A DNA stretch of 64,000 bases from an uncultured Gammaproteobacteria bacterium (GTDB lineage: Bacteria; Patescibacteriota; Patescibacteriia; UBA9934). This document shows positions 21,349 through 31,716 of the stretch, in pieces. Made by a program: the position numbers and the translations under genes. Position 1 is the stretch's first letter, and each line of letters opens with the position of its first letter. The notes below the pieces were generated by a model that was not told where the DNA came from, ran no database searches, and saw nothing but the letters and a program-made list of their open reading frames with translations. The DNA is taken from contig CAZORP010000006.1 in assembly GCA_964582615.1 (NCBI GenBank), positions 3,426 through 67,425 of the forward strand, read 5' to 3'.

Positions 21349-22101
21349 TTATTCGTCGTTCTTCACACTTTCCTCTTTCGCGCGAACGATTTGTTCGGTG
21401 AGAGATGCGTGGCTTAGTTGACCCTGCATCCACGTAATGTGATTGTTAAGAATTTTGAGCGCTTGTTCAAGGGCATCTGCAGGCGTAAGCGTTCCATCGG
21501 TAGTGATACCCATGATGAGCTTGTCATAGTTCGTGATGTCTCCAACACGAGTGTTTTCTACCTTGAAACTTACTTGGTGCACAGGGCTAAACAATGCATC
21601 AATGGCGATAACTCCAATTTCTGAGGAAGTTCCCTCTGCTTCTTCGGTAGGAAGAAAACCGCGTCCTCGAGAAACCGTGATCTCCATATCAAGTACCGTT
21701 GCGGCACTGGTGATGGTTGCAATGTGTGCTTCTGGGTTTGCAATTTCGACATCAGCGTTCTTTTCGATATCGCCTGCCGTTACTGGACCCTCGCCCTTCT
21801 TTACAAGCTTGAGTACAACAGGTTCATCTGCGTGAACTTTCAAGCGAACTTGCTTGAGCGCGAGGATGATGTCAAGAACATCTTCCTTTACACCAGACAC
21901 CGCCTGAAACTCATGCTGAGCTCCCTTGATTTTTACTGCAGTAACCGCAGCTCCAGGAAGTGAGGAAAGGAGCACGCGACGAAGCGCGTTACCAATCGTT
22001 GTTCCGTATCCGTGATGCAAAGGCTCAACGGTAAGGATTCCTTCGTGAGGCTGTGTTCCCGCGGTCATGTACATCTTCGAGGGAAGAAAGATAGTCTCCA
22101 T
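21349..22101 (-). CDS. rpoA: RNA polymerase alpha subunit (no alphaCTD)
   Basis: EPLxxGYGTTIGNALRRVLLSS, IDALFSPV; only 250 aa. Confidence 0.96.
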   Translation of the reverse strand: METIFLPSKMYMTAGTQPHEGILTVEPLHHGYGTTIGNALRRVLLSSLPGAAVTAVKIKGAQHEFQAVSGVKEDVLDIILALKQVRLKVHADEPVVLKLVKKGEGPVTAGDIEKNADVEIANPEAHIATITSAATVLDMEITVSRGRGFLPTEEAEGTSSEIGVIAIDALFSPVHQVSFKVENTRVGDITNYDKLIMGITTDGTLTPADALEQALKILNNHITWMQGQLSHASLTEQIVRAKEESVKNDE

Positions 22102-22128
22102 AATGAAGCAATGATTAGGCTAAGAAAC

Positions 22129-22761
22129 TTAGCGCATGGAATAGAATTCGACGATAAGCGTTGGATCGAACACTTCCTTGAGATCTTCACCTGCAGGAGA
22201 GCTAACAACTTTTCCCTTCATTTCCTCCAAATGAAGCCATCCCGGAACCTTGTAGGTCTTCATGCGATCTGCGAGGTCAGAAAATACCTTCTTTCCTTGC
22301 TTGGAACCACGAATTTCTACAACATCGTTCACGCGAACGTGATACGATGGAATGTTTACCGATTCACCATTAACCGAGAACATGCAGTGACTAACCATCT
22401 GACGTGCTTGTGCGCGAGTCTTTGCAAAGCCCAAGCGGTAAACAACGTTATCCAAGCGAGTTTCGAGCAATCGGGAGAGGTTCTCACCCGTGTTACCTTC
22501 CATGGCTACTGCCTTGGTGAAGTAGTTGCGGAACTGCTTTTCAAGAACACCGTACAAACGCTTTGCCTTTTGCTTTTCACGCAACTGCTGACCGTATGCC
22601 GAGGACTTCGCAGGGCGAGCCGTTGGGCTTCCGTGCTGTCCAGGAGCGTAAGGACGACGCTGCATGACTTTGAGGACACTCGATGATGGAGAAAGCGCGA
22701 CACCTTCGCGGCGGCTGAGCTTTCCCAAGGGGAGCAATGTTTTTCCCATAAAAATAGTCAA
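22129..22761 (-). CDS. rpsD: 30S ribosomal protein S4
   Basis: PGQHG, LREKQK, LETRLDNVVYR, IVEFYS. Confidence 0.97.
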   Translation of the reverse strand: MTIFMGKTLLPLGKLSRREGVALSPSSSVLKVMQRRPYAPGQHGSPTARPAKSSAYGQQLREKQKAKRLYGVLEKQFRNYFTKAVAMEGNTGENLSRLLETRLDNVVYRLGFAKTRAQARQMVSHCMFSVNGESVNIPSYHVRVNDVVEIRGSKQGKKVFSDLADRMKTYKVPGWLHLEEMKGKVVSSPAGEDLKEVFDPTLIVEFYSMR

Positions 22762-22764
22762 ACG

Positions 22765-23223
22765 TTACACGCGGCGAGCACGACGTGGACGGCAACCGTT
22801 GTGTGCTAATGGCGTGGTATCTGTAAGAGAGAGGACGTTGAAACCGTTTGCGTTCAAAGCACGAACTGCACCGTCACGACCATTTCCGATTCCCGTTACA
22901 AAAACGTGGAGATCTTTAAGGCCATAGAGTGCAACTTTTTCCGCAGCTTTCTTCACGACAACACTTGCCGCATAAGGCGTAGCCTTCTTTGGACCCTTGA
23001 ATCCGCAGTTACCCGCAGAGGACCATGCGATGATGTTTCCATGAGGATCGGTAAGTGACACGATCGTGTTGTTATAGCTCGCATGTACGTAAGCACATCC
23101 CTGAGGAACCTGCTTGAGCGTGCGCTTCTTTCCTTTTGCAGTAAGAATGCGTTCGGTCTTTTTGGTCTTAGGAGCGGGAGCTTGCTCTTCTTGAGCAACA
23201 ACGGATTTTACTTCTTCAGTCAT
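22765..23223 (-). CDS. rpsK: 30S ribosomal protein S11
   Basis: SYNNTIV, GFKGPKKATPYAA, HNGCRP. Confidence 0.97.
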   Translation of the reverse strand: MTEEVKSVVAQEEQAPAPKTKKTERILTAKGKKRTLKQVPQGCAYVHASYNNTIVSLTDPHGNIIAWSSAGNCGFKGPKKATPYAASVVVKKAAEKVALYGLKDLHVFVTGIGNGRDGAVRALNANGFNVLSLTDTTPLAHNGCRPRRARRV

Positions 23224-23229
23224 AAACGA

Positions 23230-23586
23230 TTAGGTCTTTGTGAGCATACGACGACCGCTTCCTGCAGTCTTACGTACGTTTCCACGCACAGTGCGAGAAT
23301 TCGTCTTGGTGCGCTGTCCGCGAACAGGAAGTCCTTTTGCGTGACGCGTTCCACGGTACGAACCAATATCTTTCAAGCGCTTGATGTTTGAAAGAACATC
23401 GCGACGAAGATCACCTTCAACACGCAACTCTTTTTCAACGATGGTGCGGATTGTGCGAACATCCTCAGATACCTTTGCACGAGCAAGGATATCGGATGCG
23501 CGCGTTGCACCAACGCCGTAAATGTATTGAAGCGCGATAATGATGCGCTTTTGTGGGGGGAGTGAAACTCCAGCAATACGAGCCAT
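23230..23586 (-). CDS. rpsM: 30S ribosomal protein S13
   Basis: [19 protein letters not shown]. Confidence 0.96.
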   Translation of the reverse strand: MARIAGVSLPPQKRIIIALQYIYGVGATRASDILARAKVSEDVRTIRTIVEKELRVEGDLRRDVLSNIKRLKDIGSYRGTRHAKGLPVRGQRTKTNSRTVRGNVRKTAGSGRRMLTKT

Positions 23587-23596
23587 ACAGAATTAA

Positions 23597-23710
23597 TTAA
23601 CCCTGACGCTGCTTATGCTTCGGGGTTTTGCACACAACCATAACTCGTCCAAAACGACGAATTACTTGGCAGTCGCGGCAAATTTTCTTGACAGATGCAC
23701 GAACCTTCAT
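23597..23710 (-). CDS. rpmJ: 50S ribosomal protein L36
   Basis: Hand translation [37 protein letters not shown]; below the ORF-track cutoff. Confidence 0.96.
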   Translation of the reverse strand: MKVRASVKKICRDCQVIRRFGRVMVVCKTPKHKQRQG

Positions 23711-23795
23711 AACGCGAAGCTGATGAATAATGAGAACGCAAAATCATCCTGGATGAACCGAAGATGATTTTGTGAAAAGCCCGAGATGCCGTCCG

Positions 23796-24011
23796 CTAGA
23801 AGCGGAACGTGATTCGTGCCTTGGTGAGATCGTAGGGACTCATCTCACACTTGACGTCGTCGCCGGGCATAACCCGGATACGGAACTGACGGAGCTTGCC
23901 TGCAAGATGTGCAGTAACAAGCATATCGTTTTCCAATTTGACGCGAAATGCGCCAGCGGGAAGGGCCTCGAGGACCGTTCCACGAATTTCGAGAAATTGT
24001 TTTTCCGCCAT
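23796..24011 (-). CDS. infA: translation initiation factor IF-1
   Basis: GTVLEALP...PGDDV..EMSPYDLTKARITFR; ATG at 24011. Confidence 0.96.
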   Translation of the reverse strand: MAEKQFLEIRGTVLEALPAGAFRVKLENDMLVTAHLAGKLRQFRIRVMPGDDVKCEMSPYDLTKARITFRF

Positions 24012-24339
24012 AATAAGCGGCGCGTGCGCGTTTTGCATTAAATTGAAAGCGGTGTCAGTATAGAAAATCCTGAAAGATTCGTCAAGAAACCCTGTGAGCG
24101 ACTTGCGAATCTGCAAAGAAATTTCTATAGTACCCACAGACCTGATCCTTGGGAATGTTTCCCGGGAAAGATGGTTTGGAGGCCTCATGAACATGCGGCT
24201 TCGGTCCTTTATCGCCAGCTCGCTGGCGATTGTTACCGGACTGCTCCTTGTTGGAGCAATCGGGCTGGGAATGTTTCTCATTTCCAGCATCATCCTCGCC
24301 CCGCTTACGCACTACTAAAGTAGGCGTGGGCGGTTTTTT

Positions 24340-26136
24340 TTATCGAGTACCAAGGACTGCCTTAATACGACGAACTCCCGCAGAAACCGCCTCTTCCTTT
24401 ACCAGCGTGATGCCGCCAAGCTCTCCCGTGTGGGCAACATGGGGACCGCCGCAGATTTCCTTACTGTAGTCACCCATGAAGTACACTTTAATTTTGTCGC
24501 CAAGCTGTGCGTACTTATCTTCAAAAAGACCAATCGCCCCACGCTCTTTTGCTTCGGCAACCGAAAGCATTTCACAGTGTACTGGAAGATCACGAGTAAT
24601 TTGCTCATTCACGATGCGCTCTACCTCGGCAAGTTGTTCGGGAGTCACTTTTTCTGGATGAGAGAAGTCAAAACGCAAACGCTCTGCGGTGATATTACTT
24701 CCCTTTTGTGCAACATGAGGTCCGAGCACCGTACGAAGTGCTTGATGTAAAAGGTGGGTAGCGGTGTGAAGTTTGGTTGTTGCCTCGGAGTGGTCAGCGA
24801 GACCTCCAGAAAATTTCTGCTCAGCGCCTGCACGAGAAAGTTCTTGATGTTTTGCGAATTCCTCTGCAAAAACCTCTCGGTTTACCGCCTGTCCTTGCTC
24901 TGCGGCAAGTTCCTGTGTTACCTCGAGAGGAAAGCCAAATGATTGATACAACATGAAGGCATCTTCACCTGAAATACTCCCCTTCTTTTCCCACATCTTG
25001 TTAAATTCTTTAAGTCCCTGTGCAAGAGTTCGCTCAAATTTTCGAGCTTCATCAGAAAGAACCTGCACGATGCGTTCGCGATCTTGAAGGAGTTTTTTAT
25101 AGGCATCACCAAGTGAATGCGTGATAGCTTCAACCATGTCGGGAATAAGCGCTTCGCTGGGAATATGGAGATTGCGAGCATGTCGAATTGCGCGGCGAAT
25201 AAGGCGTCGCAAAATATAACCCTGATCTTTGTTTGTTGGTACTACGCCATCCATAGCCATTATTGCCGCCGCGCGAAGGTGATCAGCAATAATACGCATC
25301 GAAGACTGCGCGTCTGCATACTTTGCCCCCGAAAGACGCTCAACGACCTCAAGAAGACCGGTGAACATCTCGGTTTCGTAAACATTCTTATGATGCTGAA
25401 GTGCGGTGATGGTACGTTCAAGTCCCATTCCTGTATCAACGCTTCCCGCCGAAAGAGGCATAAGCGTACCGTCTTCCTGCTTATTAAATTGCATGAAGAC
25501 GTTGTTCCAAATTTCCATCCATTGTTTACCGTGCGTGCCTTTGTTTCCCACAGGCTCCCCCTCTCCAACCCAGTAAAAAATTTCGGTATCAGGTCCGCAT
25601 GGGCCAGTCTTTCCCGCAGGTCCCCACCAGTTATCTTCTTTGGGAAGTTTTGCAATCTTTTCTTGTGCTTGTGCACGAGTGAGTCCCGCACCCTCCATGA
25701 GCTCCATCCAATATCCGTAAGCTTCTTCATCGTAAGGAGCATCTTCGTCGCCAGCAAAAACGGTAAACGAAAGATGTGAGAGTGGAATATTGAGCCACTC
25801 TGGCGAGGTAAGAAACTCAAAACTCCATGCAATGGACTCTTTTTTAAAATAATCACTCAAGGACCAATTTCCAAGCATGGTAAAAAAAGTCAGGTGCGTA
25901 TCGTCACCAACGTCATCAATATCTCCTGTACGAATACAGCGCTGATAGTTTACGAGGCGCTTTCCCGAAGGGTGTGGCTGACCAAGAAGATACGGAACAA
26001 GCGGATGCATGCCTGCCGTAGTAAAAAGCACCGTAGGATCATTTTCTGGAACAACGGATGCGGAAGGAATTTCAGCGTGCGCCTTTCCCATGAAAAATGA
26101 AAGGTACATTTGACGAAGAAGATTTGCGGTCATCAT
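24340..26136 (-). CDS. alaS: alanine--tRNA ligase (short form without C-Ala domain)
   Basis: LFTTAGM, CGPDTEI, DTGMGLER, HTATHLLH, EICGGPH; ends right after GVRRIKA. Confidence 0.96.
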   Translation of the reverse strand: MMTANLLRQMYLSFFMGKAHAEIPSASVVPENDPTVLFTTAGMHPLVPYLLGQPHPSGKRLVNYQRCIRTGDIDDVGDDTHLTFFTMLGNWSLSDYFKKESIAWSFEFLTSPEWLNIPLSHLSFTVFAGDEDAPYDEEAYGYWMELMEGAGLTRAQAQEKIAKLPKEDNWWGPAGKTGPCGPDTEIFYWVGEGEPVGNKGTHGKQWMEIWNNVFMQFNKQEDGTLMPLSAGSVDTGMGLERTITALQHHKNVYETEMFTGLLEVVERLSGAKYADAQSSMRIIADHLRAAAIMAMDGVVPTNKDQGYILRRLIRRAIRHARNLHIPSEALIPDMVEAITHSLGDAYKKLLQDRERIVQVLSDEARKFERTLAQGLKEFNKMWEKKGSISGEDAFMLYQSFGFPLEVTQELAAEQGQAVNREVFAEEFAKHQELSRAGAEQKFSGGLADHSEATTKLHTATHLLHQALRTVLGPHVAQKGSNITAERLRFDFSHPEKVTPEQLAEVERIVNEQITRDLPVHCEMLSVAEAKERGAIGLFEDKYAQLGDKIKVYFMGDYSKEICGGPHVAHTGELGGITLVKEEAVSAGVRRIKAVLGTR

Positions 26137-26231
26137 AGAATGGAAAAAGTGTAGCTAAGGAGAGGTTTTTGGTCAAAAAAAACGAGCAGCCTTCAAAAGA
26201 AAGACCGCTCGACAAAGCACCACGCGATACC

Positions 26232-26771
26232 TCACCTCCTCCGGACACGTCTTGGAAGATCATACTCCTCGAAAGGCGGTTCACCCGCTTGACACACAAG
26301 GAGCGCGTCCTTCGCCTCCTGCACGCGAAAGACCTCCTCCTCGAGCTCAACTCTGCACCGCTCGAGGTCACCCTCCCCGCGAGCAATGAGATCATCTCGC
26401 CGCGCAATCTCGGCGAGAAGTCGAACATTCACCGCCTCGCGTGAGGCAATGAGCCTGCGGAGTTTCACATTTTCCAAGGCAAGGAGACCCTTGGACTCCT
26501 TGAGGAGCGCAATAGCCTCCTCATATTGTTCGACCAGTATTCTCCCCTGATCGGCAAGCTCCTTATCCCGCTCATCGAGCGCCTCGCGATCCCTGAGAGA
26601 TGTCTCCGCGGCCGCAACCAACTGGTTGACCTCATGCTCCCTTTTCGCCAGCTCCTCCCTGAGGTGCATATTCTGCACCACGAGAAAAAAGGTGAAGGCA
26701 ACAGAAACGACGGCGGAGAGGAGAGATAAAATAGTTTTCACGGTTTTCCCTACACTACTCGAGGAAAGCAA
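26232..26771 (-). CDS. membrane-anchored coiled-coil protein
   Basis: N-terminal TM helix followed by a Glu/Leu/Arg-rich heptad region. Confidence 0.6.
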   Translation of the reverse strand: MLSSSSVGKTVKTILSLLSAVVSVAFTFFLVVQNMHLREELAKREHEVNQLVAAAETSLRDREALDERDKELADQGRILVEQYEEAIALLKESKGLLALENVKLRRLIASREAVNVRLLAEIARRDDLIARGEGDLERCRVELEEEVFRVQEAKDALLVCQAGEPPFEEYDLPRRVRRR

Positions 26772-26854
26772 TTCGAGTAGCTCCCCATGCCGCTAACACT
26801 GTTGGAAGCATGAGGAGAAAATGCTATACATGACAACCGTGTATCCTACCAAAA

Positions 26855-26881
26855 AAAGTAGCCTTATGCAAGGCTACTTTT
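26855..26881. terminator. intrinsic terminator after tatD
   Basis: AAAGTAGCCTT-atgc-AAGGCTACTTTT. Confidence 0.75.
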
Positions 26882-26897
26882 CATTCGCGAAGAGTAG

Positions 26898-27755
26898 TTA
26901 CATCTCCAAACCAAATATCTTTCGAGCATTAGCAACGGTCTGCGCCGCCATGTCTTCGTAGGAAATTCCTCGAAGTTGCGCAAGAAAACGAACCGTATCA
27001 TCTACATACGCCGGCTCGTTGCGCTTGCCACGATGAGGAACTGGAGCAAGATAGGGAGCGTCGGTTTCTACGAGGAGCGATGTAAGAGGCAGGCGGCGTG
27101 CGGGTTCGTGAAGTGACTTTGCAAAGGTAAGAATTCCGGAAAATGAAATCATACATCCAAGTTCAATGTACGCCTCAGCTTCGGCGAGAGTCCCGGTAAA
27201 ACAGTGAATGATTGCTCCTCGGGAAAGCCCTCCGCAATTGCGCTCTTGCGCAAGAAGCCTCTGCATGTCGGCATGAGCGTCACGGCAATGAATAATCGCC
27301 GGCTTTTCTACACGCGTACAAAGACGAAGATGCTCTTCTGCGGCAAGTTGTTGCTCTTGCACGATATGCTGAGCTTGCGATGGATCTTCGGGAAGACGAG
27401 CATAATCAAGGCCAAACTCTCCGATTGCAACAACCTTTGGATGCGCAACGTATGGCATAAGGCTTTCAAGGGAAACCGATCCATCTTCCCTGAGAATACC
27501 CTCATGAGAAACGTTTTCAGGAAGCTCGTGATCGTCATGATACGTAAGTGGATGTACATGCGAAGGATGTACGCCAACGGCGGCAAAAACGTTCGCATAG
27601 CGCTCGGCAAAAGCAACCGCCTCTTTATTGGTGTGCTCGGTAGTCCCAACGGTGACCATTGCTATGCCAAGCTCTTGCACGCGCGCCATAACCGCATCAC
27701 GATCATCGGCGAACGCAGGAAAATGTACGTGTGCATGGGTATCAAAAAGACGCAT
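26898..27755 (-). CDS. tatD: TatD family DNase
   Basis: DTHAH, GVHP, IGEFGLDY, IHCF, ETDAPYL. Confidence 0.94.
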   Translation of the reverse strand: MRLFDTHAHVHFPAFADDRDAVMARVQELGIAMVTVGTTEHTNKEAVAFAERYANVFAAVGVHPSHVHPLTYHDDHELPENVSHEGILREDGSVSLESLMPYVAHPKVVAIGEFGLDYARLPEDPSQAQHIVQEQQLAAEEHLRLCTRVEKPAIIHCRDAHADMQRLLAQERNCGGLSRGAIIHCFTGTLAEAEAYIELGCMISFSGILTFAKSLHEPARRLPLTSLLVETDAPYLAPVPHRGKRNEPAYVDDTVRFLAQLRGISYEDMAAQTVANARKIFGLEM

Positions 27756-27822
27756 AGGCTGTGAGTATACGAAACCTTAAGAAAATGGCAAACCCACGAT
27801 CATCTCGTGGGTTGTGAGGTAT

Positions 27823-28242
27823 TTATTTTGTGAGAACGTACTTAGCAAAGTTATCAAGGATCGCTTGCCATCCTTGTTGCTGGAGGTGCTCTGGATTCTC
27901 CCCTTCGGGTTCAAATGTCACGGTTACTTTCGTGCGCCCATCATCAAGCGCCGTCATAACAACTTCAACATCTCTACCGTCCGCAATGGTGTAGCGCAGT
28001 CTTTCTCCAAGTTCAATCTCGCGATATGTTGCTACAAAATCAAAGCCAAAACTCCCATCTTTTGCTTCCATTCGCGCCGCGTATGTTCCGCCAACCGTGA
28101 GATCATTCTCCGCGCTTGGACAATGCCACGTTGCATCGGCAAAGTTCCACTGCACAATGTGCTCAGGAAGTGTATAGAAATCCCACACCTTTTCTCTTGG
28201 CGCAGGAATGATTGCTTCGACAATAAGTACACGATCTTTCAT
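27823..28242 (-). CDS. SRPBCC/AHSA1 domain protein
   Basis: VWxxYTxPEHI.QW, MEAKDGSFGFDF, QGWQAILDNF. Confidence 0.9.
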   Translation of the reverse strand: MKDRVLIVEAIIPAPREKVWDFYTLPEHIVQWNFADATWHCPSAENDLTVGGTYAARMEAKDGSFGFDFVATYREIELGERLRYTIADGRDVEVVMTALDDGRTKVTVTFEPEGENPEHLQQQGWQAILDNFAKYVLTK

Positions 28243-28245
28243 AAG

Positions 28246-28644
28246 CTATGCTTTTTGAGGAATTTTTTCGAGCTTTCCTTTGCGCCTTACAATATTCTTA
28301 TAGTCCCACTGAATTTCTCGAGCCTTGGCTAGCCAGCGAACAAGATCCCTTCGAGAAATATCCTCAACTTTCGTAAAAAAGATTGAAGCATCCTGAAACT
28401 TTCCTCCCCGCACAGAAAGATCTGGCTCGTCGAAACTCGCTCCACTCCAAAACATCAGGCGAATTCCCGCCTTTTGCTTACTATATCCAACAATAGGATT
28501 CCCACCCAAAAACCAGACAGGATGTGCGTGCCAAATTTTTCCCTCGGACTCAGGTAATTCTTGCGCGATGCACTTTGCCAACAAATCACCCATGCGCCTT
28601 TCGGTGTCAGATAGTTGCGCATGATAGTGAGAAATGGTGGCCAT
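28246..28644 (-). CDS. DUF1801 (YdhG-like) protein
   Basis: KIWHAHPVWF..GNPIVGY, LMFWSG, QWDYKNIV. Confidence 0.85.
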   Translation of the reverse strand: MATISHYHAQLSDTERRMGDLLAKCIAQELPESEGKIWHAHPVWFLGGNPIVGYSKQKAGIRLMFWSGASFDEPDLSVRGGKFQDASIFFTKVEDISRRDLVRWLAKAREIQWDYKNIVRRKGKLEKIPQKA

Positions 28645-28648
28645 AAAC

Positions 28649-29278
28649 CTAGATAACACGATGCGCACGGCGACGACGCTCGTGAGAAATGACCACATAA
28701 CCTCCCCCACCAAAGAACCCAAGGAAAAGTCCTGTAACGCCATTCACGAGAATATTTGGACGAACAGGATAGCGTGAATTTACCGCCTCGTCGATAACCT
28801 GCATGGTAATTTCTCCCGTAACATATTTCCAACCATCAGCAACATAAACATGCGCAACCGCTTCGGCGAGAGCTTCAGCTTTCTTGGGATTGGTATGGTA
28901 GGCGTTGATGGTAAGAATACCGCTTCCCCGTGTCACCGACGCGGTTACGGCATCAGACCACGCATTTTGGAATTGAATGATATTTTGAGGAAAGTACGCG
29001 CGATCAACGGAGCTTTGGCTTAGTACAGCATTATAAATTGACGACGTTGCAAGCATGCTTGCAAGCTGATCGGCGACCGTTTCGGCACTGCGACTTGCAG
29101 TATACGGATCAACACCGCTAATTTTTGGAATAACAAGAACTTTGGTCGTTGAACGATATTCAAGCGGCTGAAGAAGTGAGAGTCCAACCGCTAAAACACA
29201 TCCAACTGCTCCAGCGACAAGAACCTTGGGAACGCTTCGCAAAAGAAGAGGAAAGCTTGATGAGGTAGGTGATGCCAT
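28649..29278 (-). CDS. Wzz/CapA-like chain-length determinant
   Basis: Two TM helices, YRSTTKVLV, PVRPN. Confidence 0.7.
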   Translation of the reverse strand: MASPTSSSFPLLLRSVPKVLVAGAVGCVLAVGLSLLQPLEYRSTTKVLVIPKISGVDPYTASRSAETVADQLASMLATSSIYNAVLSQSSVDRAYFPQNIIQFQNAWSDAVTASVTRGSGILTINAYHTNPKKAEALAEAVAHVYVADGWKYVTGEITMQVIDEAVNSRYPVRPNILVNGVTGLFLGFFGGGGYVVISHERRRRAHRVI

Positions 29279-29305
29279 AGTCTTTACGAGTATAGCATGG
29301 TGACA

Positions 29306-29782
29306 CTACCCGAGAAGGAGCCCCATCCAGACGTGAAGCTCTTGCAGAATGCGTGAAGCCTGCAGACTTACACTTAGCGCCTCATGGGGAAATAAGGTGA
29401 ATGCACCGTAACTAACAAGACCCACCAAAAGAACACTCTCAAGCAGACCAACCACTGCCCCCGCGAGACGATGAAGGAGTCCAAATCCCGGAATAAGGGT
29501 AAAGAGTCGGCGAACCAAATCGAGAATGCTCACCAAGAAACCAAAAATTGTATGACATATTCCTGCAATGGCAAGAAAAGCGCCCACGAACCAAAGGGGG
29601 TTTGAGGAAAAAGGGATTCCCAGTACATTCTCGGCACTTGAGGTTCCCCAAAGACCTCCCAAAATACTCACTACGATATTTACCAACCCACCAAACATCA
29701 CCACAAAACCCCGATGCCACCCAAGAATTCCTCCAAGCGCAAAAATAAGTACACATGCGCCATCAAGTAGTTGAGCATCCAT
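29306..29782 (-). CDS. CvpA family membrane protein
   Basis: GWHRGF near the N-terminus and LHRLAGAVVG. Confidence 0.75.
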   Translation of the reverse strand: MDAQLLDGACVLIFALGGILGWHRGFVVMFGGLVNIVVSILGGLWGTSSAENVLGIPFSSNPLWFVGAFLAIAGICHTIFGFLVSILDLVRRLFTLIPGFGLLHRLAGAVVGLLESVLLVGLVSYGAFTLFPHEALSVSLQASRILQELHVWMGLLLG

Positions 29783-29788
29783 ATGTGA

Positions 29789-31270
29789 TTATGCTACCGG
29801 ATTTTCGCGCTTTGGAAAGAGCGGAAGTCCATGAATAAGTGCTCCGTTTTCTGGATAGCGACGAAGAATCTCGTCGTGTATTTCTGGCATGACAGGAGCG
29901 AGAAGATAGGCAATTTCTCGAATTATTGCCGCGAGCTCTGAAAGCGTTTTCTTGCACGCATCGCGATCTGTCTTTGCAGTTTTAAAGGGCTCTTCGCGTT
30001 GAATCTTTGCATTAGCTTCGTTGATGACTTTTTCAACAAGTTCAAGATAGTGCTTGATATCTCTTGATTGCATTGCACTGTCACACGCCTCGCGTTCAGG
30101 AGCGGTGAATGCAAGAGATGTTACCTCACCTTCAAAGTACTTTTGCGCCATAGCCGCAACGCGACCGAGAAGATTTCCCAAACCATTTGCAAGTTCTTCG
30201 TAACGCTCATCAAGGCGCTGTCGCGTAATGTCACCATCTCCAAGTAGCGGAAGATCGCGAAGTAAAAGATAGCGCGTCGCATCAATACCATAACGCTCAA
30301 CAAGCTCCTGTGGGTGAATAACATTTCCCAATGACTTACTCATTTTTTCACCCTCAACCGTAAAGAATCCGTGTACAAAAATCTCCGTAGGAAGTGGGAG
30401 TCCCGCCGAAAGAAGGAATGCCGGCCAATAAATCGCATGGAATCGAACGATATCTTTTCCAATAACATGCGTGCGAACATCGGCCTGCGACCAAAACTCA
30501 GAAAAAGCCTCAGCGTCATCGGCGAAACCAAGTGCGGTGATGTAATTTGAAAGCGCATCAACCCACACGTACATTACTTGACCTTCATCTCCGGGAACGG
30601 GAACTCCCCAATTCTCTGCGCGTTGCACCGATCGAGAAATACTAAAATCTTCCAACTTCTTTACAAACATGAGCATTTCATTTCGTCGTTCCTCTGGAAC
30701 AATGGTCATTGCATACTCTTTTCCGCACCAGGTCGCCTTTCCTTTGGTAAATAATTCCTCAAAAAAAGCCTGGTAGTTTGAAAGCTTGAAGAAATAGTTT
30801 TCCTCCTTAATGATTTCGACTGGCTTTTTATGCGTAGGACACAATCCTCCTTCAAGCAAATCTTCCTGCGCGTAAAACGCTTCACATCCTACGCAGTACA
30901 AACCTTCATACGATCGCTTATCAATATCTTCGGCGCGGAACATGCTCCAAAGCCTTTGCGCGCCACGCATGTGCAGATCATCGCGCGTACGAATAAAATT
31001 ACGAAGCGAAACGTCGAGGTTAAGCACTTCACCAAGTTTACGAAATTCTTCTGCGTGACGCGCAACAAATGCCTCGGTCGTCTCCCCCGCATCACGAGCC
31101 GCGCGAACATTTTTCAAACTATTATCATCGCTACCAAATTGTCCACGTACCGTTTCGCCTCGGAGTTTGTAGTAACGAAGAAGCGTGTCAACTTGAAAAA
31201 GCTCAACGGCATATCCGATGTGCGGCGTTGAGTTTACATAGGGAATAGAGGCGGTGATATAGCGGGTCAT
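29789..31270 (-). CDS. metG: methionine--tRNA ligase
   Basis: PYVNSTPHIG, YVWVDAL, IGKDI, KMSKS. Confidence 0.97.
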   Translation of the reverse strand: MTRYITASIPYVNSTPHIGYAVELFQVDTLLRYYKLRGETVRGQFGSDDNSLKNVRAARDAGETTEAFVARHAEEFRKLGEVLNLDVSLRNFIRTRDDLHMRGAQRLWSMFRAEDIDKRSYEGLYCVGCEAFYAQEDLLEGGLCPTHKKPVEIIKEENYFFKLSNYQAFFEELFTKGKATWCGKEYAMTIVPEERRNEMLMFVKKLEDFSISRSVQRAENWGVPVPGDEGQVMYVWVDALSNYITALGFADDAEAFSEFWSQADVRTHVIGKDIVRFHAIYWPAFLLSAGLPLPTEIFVHGFFTVEGEKMSKSLGNVIHPQELVERYGIDATRYLLLRDLPLLGDGDITRQRLDERYEELANGLGNLLGRVAAMAQKYFEGEVTSLAFTAPEREACDSAMQSRDIKHYLELVEKVINEANAKIQREEPFKTAKTDRDACKKTLSELAAIIREIAYLLAPVMPEIHDEILRRYPENGALIHGLPLFPKRENPVA

Positions 31271-31326
31271 AGTAGCAAAATTATGAAGTAGTGAGGCTGA
31301 AAAGTTACTAAGAGCTTACTGGAAAT

Positions 31327-31680
31327 TTATCTCTTTTTCAATGTAACAATATTTAACATACCAAATCGCACCACGCGAGCAATCACGTAAAAAATCACCG
31401 TCCAAAAAAGCGTCACAAACAAAAAACCTAACCATCGACCTCCCAAAAGACCTGCGTATTTACTGGAATCAAATCCGATCTGCGATAAACATTCCACAAC
31501 CAACCCCGGAGGCATAAACCAAGCCAACGCCAAGTATTCAAGTGCCTCTGGACGCAATTCGTTAGAAAAATCCCCTACCCTTGGACGAGTAAAGGGAACA
31601 AAATAACCCATCACAAGAACACCTGTCACGATCGCGGAATAAAGAAATGATTTTTGAAACAATGAAAAAGCACATCGCAT
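31327..31680 (-). CDS. hypothetical membrane protein
   Basis: Hydrophobic ORF between rsmI and metG on the same strand. Confidence 0.5.
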   Translation of the reverse strand: MRCAFSLFQKSFLYSAIVTGVLVMGYFVPFTRPRVGDFSNELRPEALEYLALAWFMPPGLVVECLSQIGFDSSKYAGLLGGRWLGFLFVTLFWTVIFYVIARVVRFGMLNIVTLKKR

Positions 31681-31716
31681 ATCATAAGCTTGTTAAGCTT
31701 TCCTCGCGACAAAAGA

